Below the pieces are notes generated by a model. That model saw nothing but the letters and a program-made list of their open reading frames with translations, did not search any database and was not told the DNA's origin. 64,000 nt of DNA from Marsupella aquatica (taxonomy: Eukaryota; Plantae; Marchantiophyta): positions 17,156,058-17,220,057 of the forward strand of contig OZ316897.1 in NCBI GenBank assembly GCA_973895155.1, read 5' to 3'. Each line of letters opens with the position of its first letter. Position 1 is the stretch's first letter. Of the stretch, positions 14,691 to 28,368 are shown in pieces. Position numbers and translations under genes: made by a program.

Positions 14691-14897
14691 TTCGCCAAAT
14701 TCCACCTCCCCAAACATATTTGGCCACTTTTGGCAAATAGTTTCTGTCTCATTCGCTAGTGTTTCACCTAATCACAGACCCCAATAGCCAGAATTTTCGC
14801 CAAATTCCACCTCCCCAAACATATTTGGCCACTTTTGGCAAATAGTTTCTGTCTCATTCGCCGTGTTTCACCTAATCACAGACCCCATTAGCGAGAA
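14691..14897. repeat. ~105-bp near-identical tandem duplication, probably within a non-autonomous DNA element
   Basis: TTCGCCAAATTCCACCTCCCCAAACATATTTGGCCACTTTTGGCAAATAGTTTCTGTCTCATTCGC...CACCTAATCACAGACCCC occurs twice; further TTCGCCAC motifs extend to ~15040. Confidence 0.8.
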
Positions 14898-16090
14898 TCT
14901 AACGGTCAGATTTAAATCCAGTGAGATCTAACGGTCAGGAAATTAATTTAATACTAAATCTTTTGAGAATCTTCTCATTCACACACCGTACATTCGCCAC
15001 TTTGGCTCACACACAATACATTCGCCACTTTGGCGAAAGTGTAAAATCCTTAAAAAAATACGTGCTTTACGGTCCCTAGGGGGTGCAAGAGTAGATTCAA
15101 TAATTAGACCACAGTGCTGTAAAGTTTCGGTAGTTGGCGGACTACAGTGGATCGTCGCCATAGCTATTAGCTTCTCTCGATGTTTGCTCCCAGACATATT
15201 GCGCGAATCGAGGCAACAGTAGCATCCTAACTGACCGATCCAGTCCAGCCACCAGCCCACACAAGCCGTTCCAACGAGGACAGGCCAGCGGCCCATTCAG
15301 TGTGATTCAGGCACCAGCAGCCGGGCCACCATCGCTGATCGGTCGCTCGCCTGCCTCCCTGGAGTCCCTGCCCCCCTTGCTGCCTGCCCCCCTTGCTGCC
15401 TGCGTGCGTAACTCCCGGGGTCAAAGCGCATTACCGATAGTACTATTAGTGCAGTACTGTAATCAATAGCTGCTGCTGCTGTGCTACTGCTGCTGATGAG
15501 CTGATGAGCTCAATCACAGTCATCAGATTCTCTCAAGTCCTCAAGAGTCCAAAGCCCCGGAAGTGTGTGGGATTATATTAATTAATCTCGGATAACAGTA
15601 CGATGAGCTCATGAATCTGTCATGAATCGGAGCTGGAATTCTGTAGTGCTTTGCATTTCAGAGTTTGCCTCGACTCTACTAGTGCAATCATTAGCCAGAC
15701 TGACGACGAATGCAGCAGCAGTTTAGATTGGTGGATCGATCATCGACTTCCAGAATGTTGGAGCAGCAGATCAGGGCGAATTCGGAAGTTCATTGAGGCA
15801 TTGGGCAAACTTGCTCAATCTGGCGTGGAAGATGATGCTGATGACGAGGAGCCGGAGGTCGTCGAGGGGATGCTGCTGCTCATCACAACAGTATCGGAGT
15901 TTCGATCGAGCAAAGGAATGACGGAGGGCGTGAGGAGGCGGTCGAGTGCAGATTGCTGTTGGGCTGGTGTCATGCAGTGGGAGCGTCGAGCTGGAGCTGG
16001 CGGCATGCTGAAGGAGTCGAGAGGGGGCGGCGGCGGGTGTGAGAGCTCCTCCAAAGTCGTGGGACGGGGTTGTGAAGAGATTGCGAGAGA

Positions 16091-19000
16091 ATGAGAGTCC
16101 AGCTGCCGTGGGATGCGAGAAGGAGGTTGGATTGGAGGCTGTGGATTGTGTGGGTTGTGGTAGTAGTTGTCTTGGCATTGTGTAGTAGCAGTAGTACCAG
16201 GGTGGCTGATGGCCAGCAGCTGTCTGAGGATGCGCAAGCTCTTCTGGAGTTCAAGCAGGCTCTCCAGAACGCGACGGCGCTGGAAGGAAGCTGGAGCAAT
16301 GCAACGACAGAAGCTGCAAATCAAACGATTGCTCCGTGTGGATGGATTGGTGTCATGTGCTCAATCGATTCTCCTTCGGGTGCTGTCACAGCACTGGCTC
16401 TGTCCGGGATGAGTCTACGTGGGGTCATCTCTCCTGCTCTGGGAAGATTGAGCCATCTGCAATCACTAGACTTGAGTAGCAACAACTTCAGTGGCGTGAT
16501 TCCTCCAGAAATTGGCAACTTGAGTGCCCTCCAGGTCTTACAGCTGAGCAGCAACCAATTGACGGAACAGGTTCCTCTTTCGATCAGCTCGTTGATACAA
16601 CTACAGGTGCTCGATGTGAGCGGGAATTTTCTCAATGGGAGCTTACCTCCAGAGCTGGCGAATTGCACGAGCTTGCAATATCTGCTTACGCATGACAACT
16701 CTTTCACGGGCCTCATTCCTTCGGACTACGGCAGGCTATCCAACCTCTTGTCTTTTCGGAGCGGAGGGAATCAGCACTCTGGCTCGCTACCGGGATCGCT
16801 GGGGAACTGCACGAACCTCACCGTGCTCGGAGTTGCTTACAATCAACTATCTGGGAAGCTGCCCCTTCAACTTGGTAAGCTTCTCAAGCTCCGTTCTCTC
16901 AACCTCGTGGGCTCGCTCATGTCTGGCTCGATCCCTCCTGAGTACGGTAACATGACCTCCCTCGTGACGATGGCATTGTACAGCTCCTACATTTCTGGAC
17001 CCATACCGCTCGAGCTTGGCAAGCTCCAGAACTTGCAATCTCTCTGGCTCTACCTCAACAATCTGACTGGCACAATTCCCCGCGAAATAGGCAATTGTTC
17101 CTCTCTTCAGAGCCTCGACTTGTCCTACAATCAGCTCACAGGTGGCATTCCTGTGGAGCTGGGACAGCTCCAGAAGCTCACGGTGATCAATTTGTTTGTG
17201 AACAATTTGAATGGCACGATTCCGCCGGAGTTGGGCAACGCGGCAAGCATCACTACGCTGGAGCTCTATGAGAATCGGCTGGAAGGCTCCATTCCTTCTG
17301 AGCTTGGGAAATTGACATACTTGGCCGTGTTGGCAGCTTGGCAAAACCGGCTTTCTGGAGTTGTCCCTGCTACCCTGGGCAAGTGCACGCACCTCAACAT
17401 CCTGGACTTGTCCTTGAATGATCTCTCGGGTTCCATACCGGGGGAGATTTTCGCATCGGGTAGTTTGCAGCGTCTCTTTTTGTTCTCCAATTCTTTGTCA
17501 GGAACCATCCCGCCGGAAATCGAAATGTCAATCAACCTCACAAGGGTGCGTCTCGGATCCAACATGCTGAATGGCAGCATTCCACCAGAGCTAGCGACGC
17601 TGGAGTACCTCACGTACTTGGATCTTGAATCCAACAGTCTCACGGGCAATCTCCCAATGGACTTCGTTCAAAGCAAATCTCTTCAAGCCCTCCTCCTCGC
17701 TAACAACACGCTCTCAGGCGAGGTGCCCGGCGAGCTCGGAAACGTGACGTCGCTCATTCAGATGGACCTTTCGCTCAACTGGTTCACGGGCTCCATTCCT
17801 TCAGAAATTGGCAATTTAGCGAGGCTCATTACTTTGAATTTGAGCAATAACTTCTTCACAGGGGGCATCCCTCCCGAGTTGGGCAACTGCCAGGCCTTGA
17901 CCGAACTCGATTTGGGTGGCAATCTAATGAGTGGCCACATCCCGCCCGAGGTTGGGAAGCTGATCAGCTTGGAGATCAGTCTCAATCTCAGCTGGAACAA
18001 TTTTTCAGGCATGCTTCCCTCCACCTTGGGAAGTCTGACCAAGCTGTCGAAGTTGGACCTGTCGCACAATTCGTTGAATGGAGGCATCTCTCAGCTTAAC
18101 AACTTGGTGAGCCTCACATTTGTAAATATCTCCGATAACATGTTCACAGGCCCTTTGCCTGACATTTTTTTCCGCCCAATGATGACCTTGTCGTACTTCG
18201 GAAATCCGGGTCTGTGCATTGAAGACGTGGGCGGCGTCTGCCAAAACTCCCCTTCCTCAGCGTCTGATGGCAAACATTCCAGCCATCTCAGCTCAGCTCA
18301 AAAGGCTGCCATCTGGACTGCGTTGGTCATTATATTCATTTCGGTAGCTTTGATTATGATCTTCGGAATAATGTGTTTTGTGAAGCGGTACGACAAATCT
18401 TTCCAGCGCTACGTGGATCCGGCGACATCATCTCAGTGGACCCTCATTCCCTTCCAGAAGTTGGAGCTCTCAATTGAGGATGTTCTCTACTGTCTCCAGG
18501 AGATCAATGTCATTGGGCGGGGGGGATCTGGAACGGTGTACAGAGCCTCGCTGCCGGGAGGGCAAGTGATTGCCGTGAAGAAGCTATGGATGCCGGGCAA
18601 GGGAGAGATGTCTCACGATGCATTTAGCGCTGAAGTCGAGACTCTTGGCAAAATTCGGCACGGGAACATTCTTCGTCTCCTAGGGAGCCTTTGCAATAGT
18701 AATACCAATCTTCTTCTCTACACCTTCATGCCGAATGGTAGTCTCGGAGAGTTGCTGCACGCAGACGACACAGCCTTTCTCGATTGGGCCACTCGCTACA
18801 AGCTTGCCGTCGGAGCTGCCCACGGCCTGGCGTATTTACACCATGACTGTGTTCCACAAATTTTGCACCGTGACGTCAAGTCGAACAACATACTTGTCGA
18901 TTCCCGCTTTGAAGGTAACTACTCGGTAACAGGACAACGTCACGGTTATCCGTCAGTCAAGGTCACCTGAATTTTGCACCGTGTTGTTTATCTATGCATG

Positions 19001-20173
19001 ACCTCAATTCTACCTAAACATAGCATCCAGGAGCATGGTATGTTAACATACTTTCGATTCTCGCTTTGCAGCTCATGTAGCAGATTTTGGGCTTGCGAAG
19101 CTCATCTACGCTGCGGAAGATCACGCCTCGATGTCACGCATTGTCGGCTCATACGGATACATCGCTCCAGGTAAACGTTTTTCTCCGTCAACCCCGAGTG
19201 TACCTCAGCTTAAGATCTTGCTGGTGGGCTGGCATCCTCATCTCTTAATAGTTCCCATGCCAGCCTTCGTGAGAGGCGGTATCAATGATATCGCTTTGGG
19301 TGGAGATTTTGCTTCCTCTTTCAAGGCAGCTAACGATATGTAGGCATGTGTATGTCCATTCTTACTCACGTTTCCACGGCTTGATGATATTCCTGGCCGG
19401 CTCAGGGTCGGTAGGATTCGAACGAACTGCGTTACCGTAGCTACTGTGGCGCAAGTAGAGTGTCTGTCTTGCTCTGTAGTGTCGAGTCCAGAGTCCGGGA
19501 TGACAACCCTTGAAATTGAAGGTTGCGCTTGCGGATGAGAACTATCTGTATGCATCGTCTGTTGATGGGGTTTAAATGGGATGAGTGTCCTGTGGATGAT
19601 TGACCAAGATCATAACACAACTTGGTGTCCATCGTTGATTCCCATGGGAGACAGACAAGTTTTGCAGAAGTCAGTGAACCTGTTTTAACGAGCCAGGGCA
19701 TTGGATGTGCAGAGTACGCCTATACCATGAAAGTCACAGAGAAGAGCGATGTTTACAGTTTCGGAGTGGTGTTACTGGAGATTGTGACTGGCAGAAAACC
19801 GGTGGACCCGAGCTTCGCCGAAGCTGTAGACCTTGTTGGTTGGGTACATCACCAAGTAAGGGCAGGTATTGGAGATCGTACCATCCTTGATCCTCGGCTG
19901 AATGGTTTAACGGAAGCGCACTTACGTCAGGTGGAGGAGGTGCTGGGTATTGCGCTACTCTGTGTGACTTCTAGCCCCAATGAAAGACCCACCATGAGAG
20001 AGGTGGTAGCCATGCTTCTGGAAGTCCACGAGGAAACGTCGTTGAATTGGACGAAGAACGGTCCGTCATCAACTACATCATGCTCAAAACAGCCTATTCT
20101 TCCCAAATCCCCAGATTCCGATGACTCCACGTGGTCAAAGCCGCACTGCATGAGTGATGTTCCGTTGAGCTAG
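16091..20173 (+). CDS. LRR receptor-like Ser/Thr kinase, subfamily XI, RGI/RGFR-like; exons 16091-18914, 19072-19170, 19713-20173 (1127 aa)
   Basis: Signal peptide, LRRNT cap (PCGWIGVMC), more than 20 plant LRRs, a TM helix ([26 protein letters not shown]) and juxtamembrane WTLIPFQKL. Kinase motifs [30 protein letters not shown] and SDVYSFG join in frame across two GT-AG introns (3384 nt total). Confidence 0.96.
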
Positions 20174-21243
20174 GACAGGGCCTAGATAGTCTTCTCTCTT
20201 AGTTGATTAATGTAACAAGAGCAGAGGGTTCTCTGGGAAAATTTTGAACTAAGAAAGCTTTGCGTTCCGATTAGTGATTGAGCGTTTGTCCTTGGGTACC
20301 TGCCATTCTGAGAAGACTCAATTTTAGCGGACTGAGGAGACTCGATGCCTGCAGTGACGTTGTCCATTGGCTTTTCCTCGGAATCTCTACAATTGCACAT
20401 CTGCCTTCAGGCCCCAGGGCACTTCGTGGGCTCAGCAGTGAGTTGGTATACATTCCGCGGATTAGTACTAGATTATGTACATAACGTAGTAGTCCTCATC
20501 AACTTTGTCTAAACCCGGTCACGAATCTGCAAGACATCACTGCACGTTATAGTTCGTTGTCACTCCATTGGCCCTTCAAGTTGACCATACTCGAAACCTT
20601 GTTCGGCTATAGCAGTAGGGCTTAGCTGCATGATTGACATCGGACTTCACCATCGGCCTCCAGAATGACTGCGAGTTTTATGCGGGGATTTATGGTAGTC
20701 GTCACGAAGCTCTCTTGCACCAATATATGACACGACAAAGGAAATGAAGATGATCTACATGTCAAAGCTGCTAAACACAGGAAAGCAGGATTATGCCCGC
20801 TTGGGGGCCGCTAATGTTGTCCTAGGACCTCTAACTTATAACCCGGTCTCACGTTGGTCCTGTGAATCCAACTTCGGATATGAAAATGAGGTTACCTTTT
20901 GATGGCTGTTTCTGTCTAAATGTCTCCTAGAAAAACTTGGTTGCTTAAGGTGATTTGTCTCAAACTTGAGTCCAGAAAAGACCAATTCCCCCCTGAAAGG
21001 TACACAATCAGATTGCAACAAGTCAGCAACCCTAGAAACTGTCACGGAGAACGGTTAAGAGCGGCCTCCGAATCTTCAATCTTTCCCATTAGTTCATCAT
21101 TCTTTCAGTGAAGCTCTCGACAGCCCATTTCTCTTAGCGGAATTGTAGCGAATGCGGCCCTATTGAAACTGTTCATACGCTTGGTTTTGTAGACGGAATG
21201 TAAGACTGAGTTAGAAGTGCCAGAGAGAATGTCTCCTACTGAA

Positions 21244-21448
21244 CTGAATACAGAAAGGTACCCTCTCTCGAGAAGAAACAACATGAAACATGACCACACA
21301 AGGAGATACCCTTCAGTCACAAGAATTGGTTTCCAGCCAAGTACGAATACTGAATACAGAAAGATACCCTCTCGAGAGAAGAAACAGCATGAAACATGAC
21401 CACACAAGGAGATACTCTTCAGTCACAGGAATTGGTTTCCAGCCAAGT
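21244..21448. repeat. ~106-bp tandem duplication
   Basis: CTGAATACAGAAAG...CATGAAACATGACCACACAAGGAGATAC...GAATTGGTTTCCAGCCAAGT starts at ~21244 and ~21350. Confidence 0.9.
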
Positions 21449-22316
21449 CTCCTCTTTTGTCAGAAAGGTTTGTCAGTAGGAAATTGCTTTCTGCCTGAAT
21501 GGACTGAAAAAGGATCTTTTTGGGCAAACGAAAGGCAAGAGGGATGTCGTAGACTCGTAGCCAGTTTGAGCTTCGGATCCAACACACAAGAATTTGCAGG
21601 TCTACTTTGCCTAGGCTTGAGGTCGGTTCTGTCATGGTGCGAACAGCTAGTGATCAAACACGCGACAGTCCAGCTTACTATTCAAACCTCCCATACCTCG
21701 CTCACGGTCATCACTTCCCAGTGCACATTTGTTACAGTTGTATCACTACATCATTTTAACAGAAGTCGTAAGTTCATATTTTCGTGTTCCCTTTATTCAT
21801 TTTCGTCCTCTACACCTTTTAATTGAAAGTTGTAAGCGGGAAGGGGATTTCCCATTCGATCTACATCCAAACTTTAGCATGACCTTTTCCAAGGAAATAC
21901 AGGTGTATGACTAGTGAAAACCACTCCTATAACTATAGTAGAACCCTTTCACCTGTCTCGAGTTTCCCTGTTACCAGAAATATCGTTCTATGCTTCTAAC
22001 TCTTTCATTTTTGTGTGGTGGTGAGGGGTGTTGTGACAAATGGAATGGAGTGCCTAAGACTTCAATTTATAACAAGTAGATAATTTTAATATTAAAAAAA
22101 TGTAAATAGGACCTAAGGAAAAAGTTATAGCTCAGACGCCAACTCTTGTTTTGCTTGGATAAGATTTCTAAGCTTACATGAAATCTCTGAAAATATACTT
22201 TTATTAGGTATGAAGCACTGCAACTCTCGTTTCCCGTCGAGAGAGCTACTGTACCTTACATACAGTAAATCAATTAAAAGACTGACTCCACAGTTTAATC
22301 GCTAAGTGATCTAAAC

Positions 22317-22388
22317 GACTCACCCATTGCCATTATATATATCACACTGTCAGACTCACCCATTGCCATTGTATATATCACACTGTCA
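22317..22388. repeat. 36-bp tandem duplication
   Basis: GACTCACCCATTGCCATT(A/G)TATATATCACACTGTCA occurs twice. Confidence 0.9.
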
Positions 22389-24840
22389 AAAAGACAGGAT
22401 GCCCAAACGGGGAGACAGGATCCCAAAGCAAAAGATCCCAATAAAGGGAGGGAAAAGACCCCAAGAACACCAAAGAGGCCCCACAAAGCAAGGAGTATCC
22501 CACAAATACAATAAAAACTAAGAAGCAATTTCCATTGCATGTGGGATTGGGGCAGGATATGGCTGCAAGCAATTGAATCAGTTGAATCTGAGTCTGCTCG
22601 TAGTCTTCCTCTTCTTGTAGCTGGACGTGGCCTGGCCTAGCCTGTAACTAGCAGCTTTCAGCATGTGCAGTCAGACAGGGTGCGCAGCAGACAGAGAGCA
22701 GACAGACAAGTCGAGAAATTACACTGAGTGTGCAACACACTCAGTGGCTCCCACTGTAGCTCAGTGATTACGTACAATCATCCGTCCTCAATGACGTTAC
22801 TCTAGTTACATACTTATGAAGCTTTTAACAGTAACTCGTAAACTCGGCGGTGCAAACCAAGTGGCCTTTGAACACGAATCCTAGCACGTCCAATTATTCG
22901 ACCACCTTCCAATCCAATCTGCAAGCCTTGATGCAATCGTCTATCGCTCTTGGTAATATGCATGCAACCCAGACGCATTTGTGTAAAGCCCCACGTTTTG
23001 ATGCATACGGGAATACGCGTATATATAGCTAGATTATAGAAAGTCTCTGGACACAAGATACTCACCGTCACCAAAAGCAAATACCGGCTGCGGGCCGGGG
23101 TATATACTTAGTATATACACAAAATTGAGAATTCTAGGGTCCATTCTACGGGAAGGTCGGGTCGGGTCATGCTATCTTGAAAGACAGCATTCTAGCAACC
23201 TCTGATAACCAAAACACAATCATGTAACTGTGCTTTATTAATGCCAAATGAATCCATTCGACTATTCAGCGCGAAGGTCGGCTCGCGAGTCAAGACAATG
23301 TCGGCAAATCCCTGTACGTATGATATTCTCAACCTATTACCTGCTGTAGTTCTAGATCTAGTTTGATGAATGCTGAATTGAATGCTGAAGGCAACTTTCG
23401 ATCTGACAGAGGTCGATCATAGCTACTTCTTCACTCTGAAAAACATTTCCAACATCAAGCATTCTGTTCGATACATTCTAGGAAGCGAATGAGACGACGT
23501 TGATCTACACTTGGAAACTGTCCATCTTCACCTAAATATGCGATCCCGAGTGAAAACTAGCGAGACATGTGAACGACATTTCGCACGTGGGGTTTGAACT
23601 GAGGCACGAAACTCGTGGTCTTTGTTCTGGGCAACGAAGATCTATCCCATTATCCTTACGTGGATTCGCAATGTACATAAGAATTAAGGAATAGCTTTAG
23701 CATGCAGTGTGTATTGCCTAACCTGAGAGCAAGCCTGAGATGGTTGCGTTGATGAAGAAGGGGTGGAGAGCGAGCCCGGACAAGACCAAGGGGCGCTTCT
23801 AAAGCAAGTGCAAGTCATCGATGACCTAGACCACCATGTATGATCCGAAACCGATTACTGGTTAGTTTCCGTCACTTTGGTGGATTGCGACTTTGTCTGA
23901 TTCCGAAGCACTTTCGACCACTTTACCTCCCTCACGTGGACCCAAATGAGTCCAAATATATAGTCCCATCGCGCTCTTCCTTGGGCTTGTTCGTGCTTCG
24001 ATCTCAGTTAAATGAAAATTGACTCATATTCCGTTCCATAAAATACATACACAAATATTCAGTGGACATTGATATTGTCAATTGATGGAGGGGTACTCAC
24101 ATCTTCGATTCCAGTCGGGATTCCAATTCCTTGTGTATTGCGTCTTGTGTGAGCTCCATGCGTGCTTCCCAAGTATATTGAACCACTTTACCTACTCAAG
24201 TGGGACCCGATTGAGTCCACATCTATACATGTACACAGTTTGGCACCCTTGGTGCTTGTCCTTAGGCTTGTCAGGCTTCTTCCTCAGGTAAATGCACAAA
24301 CTCTGGAGTAAACAGGAAGAGCGCGACGACAAAAGCGACAGCCAGAATTTCACAATTTCATAGTTGTCCCGTCTTCACTTTTGTCCCGGTTTATTGCAGT
24401 GCTTCCAAATACATCATTCAAACTCGTTTTGTTTTTTCTTTGTACAGCAGTAGCACCAGTATCACACTAACAGGTATGCACTGAATTAATGAAATATTGG
24501 CAAACTGAAAGAATGACTCCCAAAATCGTCCAGAATCATCTATGACTATTTTGTGTACGACAGGCTCTTCCCAGCTCTAATGGAGGATATCGATGTTGAG
24601 GACGCCAGACCGATGATTAAAGTGTCTCTGGCACCACCATGCATCATGCCATCATATGCATGCTGAGCTTGATTAACTCCAAAGATCTAAAGAGAAATGT
24701 AGACCACATCACGCAAACGCTAGCTTGAAGTAATTGTGTAGCCTTAATTCAAACTACAAGTTGAGCGCAACAAGACCTAGTTACCTGCAGTTCTACCTGT
24801 TTGGAGAAAGAACTAAATCGAAGCCTCTTCTTCCACACAG

Positions 24841-26129
24841 CTACCTGCTGGAAAGGTAACGGGCGCGGTGATTAGATTGTCTGAGTCTGTCCACCACTAC
24901 GTCCACATCGTCTTCCAAATCGCTCAAGGCTGTGTTCTGCTTATCCACCTCGCTACCCATCTCAAACGACATATCTCTTAGCTTGTCAACAATGTCCCCC
25001 AGATTCGATAATGCTTCGTCTTGGTGCTCCCTCTCCACCTCTAGTTGCAACTTGGTCCCAGACAATCCTGCATACCTGTTTGCTTTCCTTTGGATGCGAT
25101 TTCTTGCATCTGCAGCAGCGTCAAAGAGTGCTGATGCCCCGTATCCCACTACTGTCCTTTTCTTGGAAGGATCTGGATCCACTCGAGGGCCTTTGATCCG
25201 ACGCCCTTTCTTGGGTTTCCATCTCCTGGTGAACATGCCTGATTTTGACATGTTAAACATATTGCTTGATCATTAGTGGGGTCCATATTACTACTGAGAA
25301 ATTATGGAAGGAAGCAGGTCGAAACCGGGGGAGAAACTCGCTAAGGCTAAATGGCAAGTTTGCTAAATCAATTCATCTAAGCTCCTCTTTTATTCAATTA
25401 TTAGTACCTCCAAAGCTGCCCAGGATCTTCTCTCCTTCGTGGAGCGTTTCCATTACATCTGAATTCCTGTAATGACTGCGGGGAATCTGCCGTCCTTGCT
25501 CGTGCAACATCTCCATCGTCGTCGCTGCAACTTCTGTGGTCTCCTCCACAATCGTCATACAGTTGTATATATCTTTCGTGACATCCTGCGTGCCATATTA
25601 ACATGTCATGTGGTTTTCGAAAACTTACTAGAAGAGCAAAAGAATCCTCCCAGTAGCTGGTCGTACGTAATGGCTATTGCTAGAAGGATCGGAGACTGAG
25701 CGGAGAGTTGTAGAGAAACCCTTCCATGCCGGCTAGCCATGCATAGTTGTATCAAGAATTTACTGTGTTATTCTCAGACGAATCATTAGTCTGGGCACGT
25801 ACCTGCGATTGAAAAATCGCATATGTTTCTAGTTCCCCAACATCTGCATAATGGGAACCAAGTTTGTCTGGTTCTTGCTGCTGGACCAAGGGAGCCAGAG
25901 GACTGCGTTGTAATCGTACTCGTTCGAAGGCTTGTTCACGATATTTTTCGAAGAGGTCGAATCTGGAGCGTTGTTGTTGGCTTGTCAGTCCTCTGTGGCC
26001 TGTGTTAAACGCAAGAGTTTCATTCCTCAGTCGATCGTTGTGAGAGCTTTCTACAATATCACTCACCGCACAACCAGCTCCGTTTCCCAACATTCTCCAT
26101 CTCCGTGTAGGACGTCTCCGTGTGAGCAT
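24841..26129 (-). CDS. SNAP25-homologous Qbc-SNARE (SNAP33/30/29 family); exons 26129-25803, 25585-25408, 25238-24841 (~300 aa; start codon uncertain)
   Basis: The spliced product contains VGELETYAIFQSQ|DVTKDIYNCM...TMEMLHEQGRQI...GEKILGSFG|GMFTRRWKPKK (Qb SNARE plus linker) and QDEALSNLGDIVDKLRDMSFEMGSEVDKQNTALSDL...NHRARYL (Qc SNARE). Introns are GT-AG with consistent phases. Confidence 0.9.
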
Positions 26130-28368
26130 CTCATTTGTTCCACGCACAACGGCCCATCGTGGTGGAAACTGCTTGGGTCAATTGGTCGTGGTGTTTTGGT
26201 CTAAAGAAGCTTGGCAAACCATGGTAGCGAAGGGCTGCCAGCCAGTCCCTAAGGCAGATTCTATGATCATTTCCCTCGGCGTACGTTACACGTACACCTT
26301 TGCCAATTACCCTAATGTATTGTCACGGCCAACATGGAGCTCATGAATGTGTGATAATGACCAATGGGAAAAATAGGACTCGATCAATTGGGTTACTGAT
26401 CTGACTTCGTCCAGACTTCGTGCATAGCACGGGAAGTCATGGAGTAGTCGATATTGTTGAAGAGCCTCAGACGCAATCAAAGCAAGACAATGTCAGGAGC
26501 GTAAACCTGGAGTATATTCCGAGCTTCGGAGATGAGACACAACACCACAATTGCTGACTGTATAGACAATTACATACTGTAGCTTTTTTTTCAAGTTAGC
26601 TCTTAGTCTTTTGGAGATCATGGTTTCGGGATCATTTGGTGAGGAGTACTCAATTAGGCGGCGTATCTCGATCCGGTTGATCCGGCCGTTTGAAATGTTC
26701 GTCAATAGAAGACAGTCTGTTGAAGATAAGTCTTTAGACTGCGCGACTCCATCAGCACCACGCCAAAGCTTATAATACTCCCAATTCTGTCCATTCTTTT
26801 CGGATTGAGTGAAATATGCTCCAGCTTTTCTGACGGCAGTTCTTTTTTCTCCGATTGACGCACTCACTGGAAAAACCTGTCAAGGCTGCAAAAAGGACAT
26901 GCATCAGACAGCATATTAAACAGCACCAGGAGACAAAGCCAAATGGTGAGGAGACAACCTCTAGGACCCACAAAAAGGATTCACGGTTCGATGATATTTG
27001 GTCTAAAGTGAGGGAAACACTGCAGTTTTATACATTAAGACATGACATTCTTCTGCATTCTCGTGAATTACTAAAATGTTCTTTCATGTAGGAAGTATAG
27101 AGATTTCCCTTTTGCAAATGTACACCAGAAAACTGGCTTTTGATGTAGCAGATTCAATTAGCCTCTGATTCTGGCACCCAGGCTGGCACATCATCAAAAT
27201 GGGGGTGATTTTTGCATTTCAGCTAACTTCCCTTTTATGTTGCTTTTACAGTAACCTCTGCTGTTGTACATACCTCGTACCTGTACATACCTCGTACTGT
27301 ACCTCCACCTGTGAAATAAAAAAACCTCTCCTTCACTTAACCTAGCCTCTTATCTCCTTCTCCTTTCATTTTTGTGAGCCCAGTATCTTTTTAATTAGTT
27401 TTGTTGGACCATTGCACCTGTGCGGTCCTTGACGTTTCTTCGCTGGTGGTACCCTCTGTTGACCCATATTCTTTCTGGGTCTGGGTCTGATTTTCTTCGG
27501 TTCATTTCTCAGTCCAAAAGAGGTCTGTCATTATAACAACTTCTTGAGAAAAGAGGTTGTAGAACACTTTATAATGCCTCCTCTTAGAGTTACTGAACTT
27601 CCACAACAAATGACTTGTGCTTACTTGAAATGTCCTTTTGACTTGTTTAGACATGAAATGCCTATCGCCTTCAGTCCTGCTTGAAAGTCCTTGTAACGAT
27701 TCAACTCAAATCCAAGTTCAAATTATTCTGACTTTGACCTAGGTCATCTGTAATACAACTGATTCACATAGTCCATCATTACGCTTCTTTGAACCAGAGT
27801 TTGGTTTGATTCTTTTTGGATTCATGTAAAGAGCACTAGCCCATATCTGTTCATTGCACGATTGTCATTGTGGCCATCTTGTCATTGCAGCCATGGATAT
27901 TGGTGTAAGTTGCATCAATGCAGTTGATGTGACCATTGTGTCGTTGTACTAGTCAAGGTTGTGGCCAAGTTGTGGTTGAAACCATTGGTGTTTTTGTGGT
28001 CATGTTATTGGGTGTGCAAGTGTACTGTGCATTAAATAGTCAAAGAAGAAAAGTCAAACATCTCAATGACTATATTTTATTGTGTGTCATGCAGTCATGG
28101 GCCCATTACAATTACCCCTAAGTCCAATAAGGCACCTTAAGAAAGGTGATCATGAGTGGTTGTTGAAATCACCACCATGAATTCTCGGTCAACCTGATTA
28201 CAATGCTATGTGTAGCATTGTCAACAGGGTCACGGGCTTAAAATTATGGTCTCGCCCCAGGTCCCAACCAATTTGGCTCTCCTCCAAAAATAAAGGACAG
28301 TACTGTAAGCTGACGGTTTGAGTATCATCAATGACAACTACCCAAAAGCATATGTGAAGGGAAAATAT

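Noticed and set aside
16167-18273. Many antisense and alternate-frame ORFs over the LRR region
   Set aside because: Shadow ORFs caused by the codon periodicity of the real LRR-RLK frame.
18915-18970. RLK truncated after HRD (pseudokinase)
   Set aside because: The ORF-track tail is intron read-through; DFG and the remaining subdomains are in exons 19072-19170 and 19713-20173.
23084-23112. Helitron 3' end (CCGGC...GCCGG hairpin then CTTAG)
   Set aside because: The hairpin is very short, the terminus is not canonical CTRR, and no 5' end or Rep/helicase is visible.
25408-25585. Frameshift in SNAP25-like exon 2
   Set aside because: Recounting the G run at 25480-25483 gives four bases, so the frame QIPRSHY...GEKILGSFG is intact.
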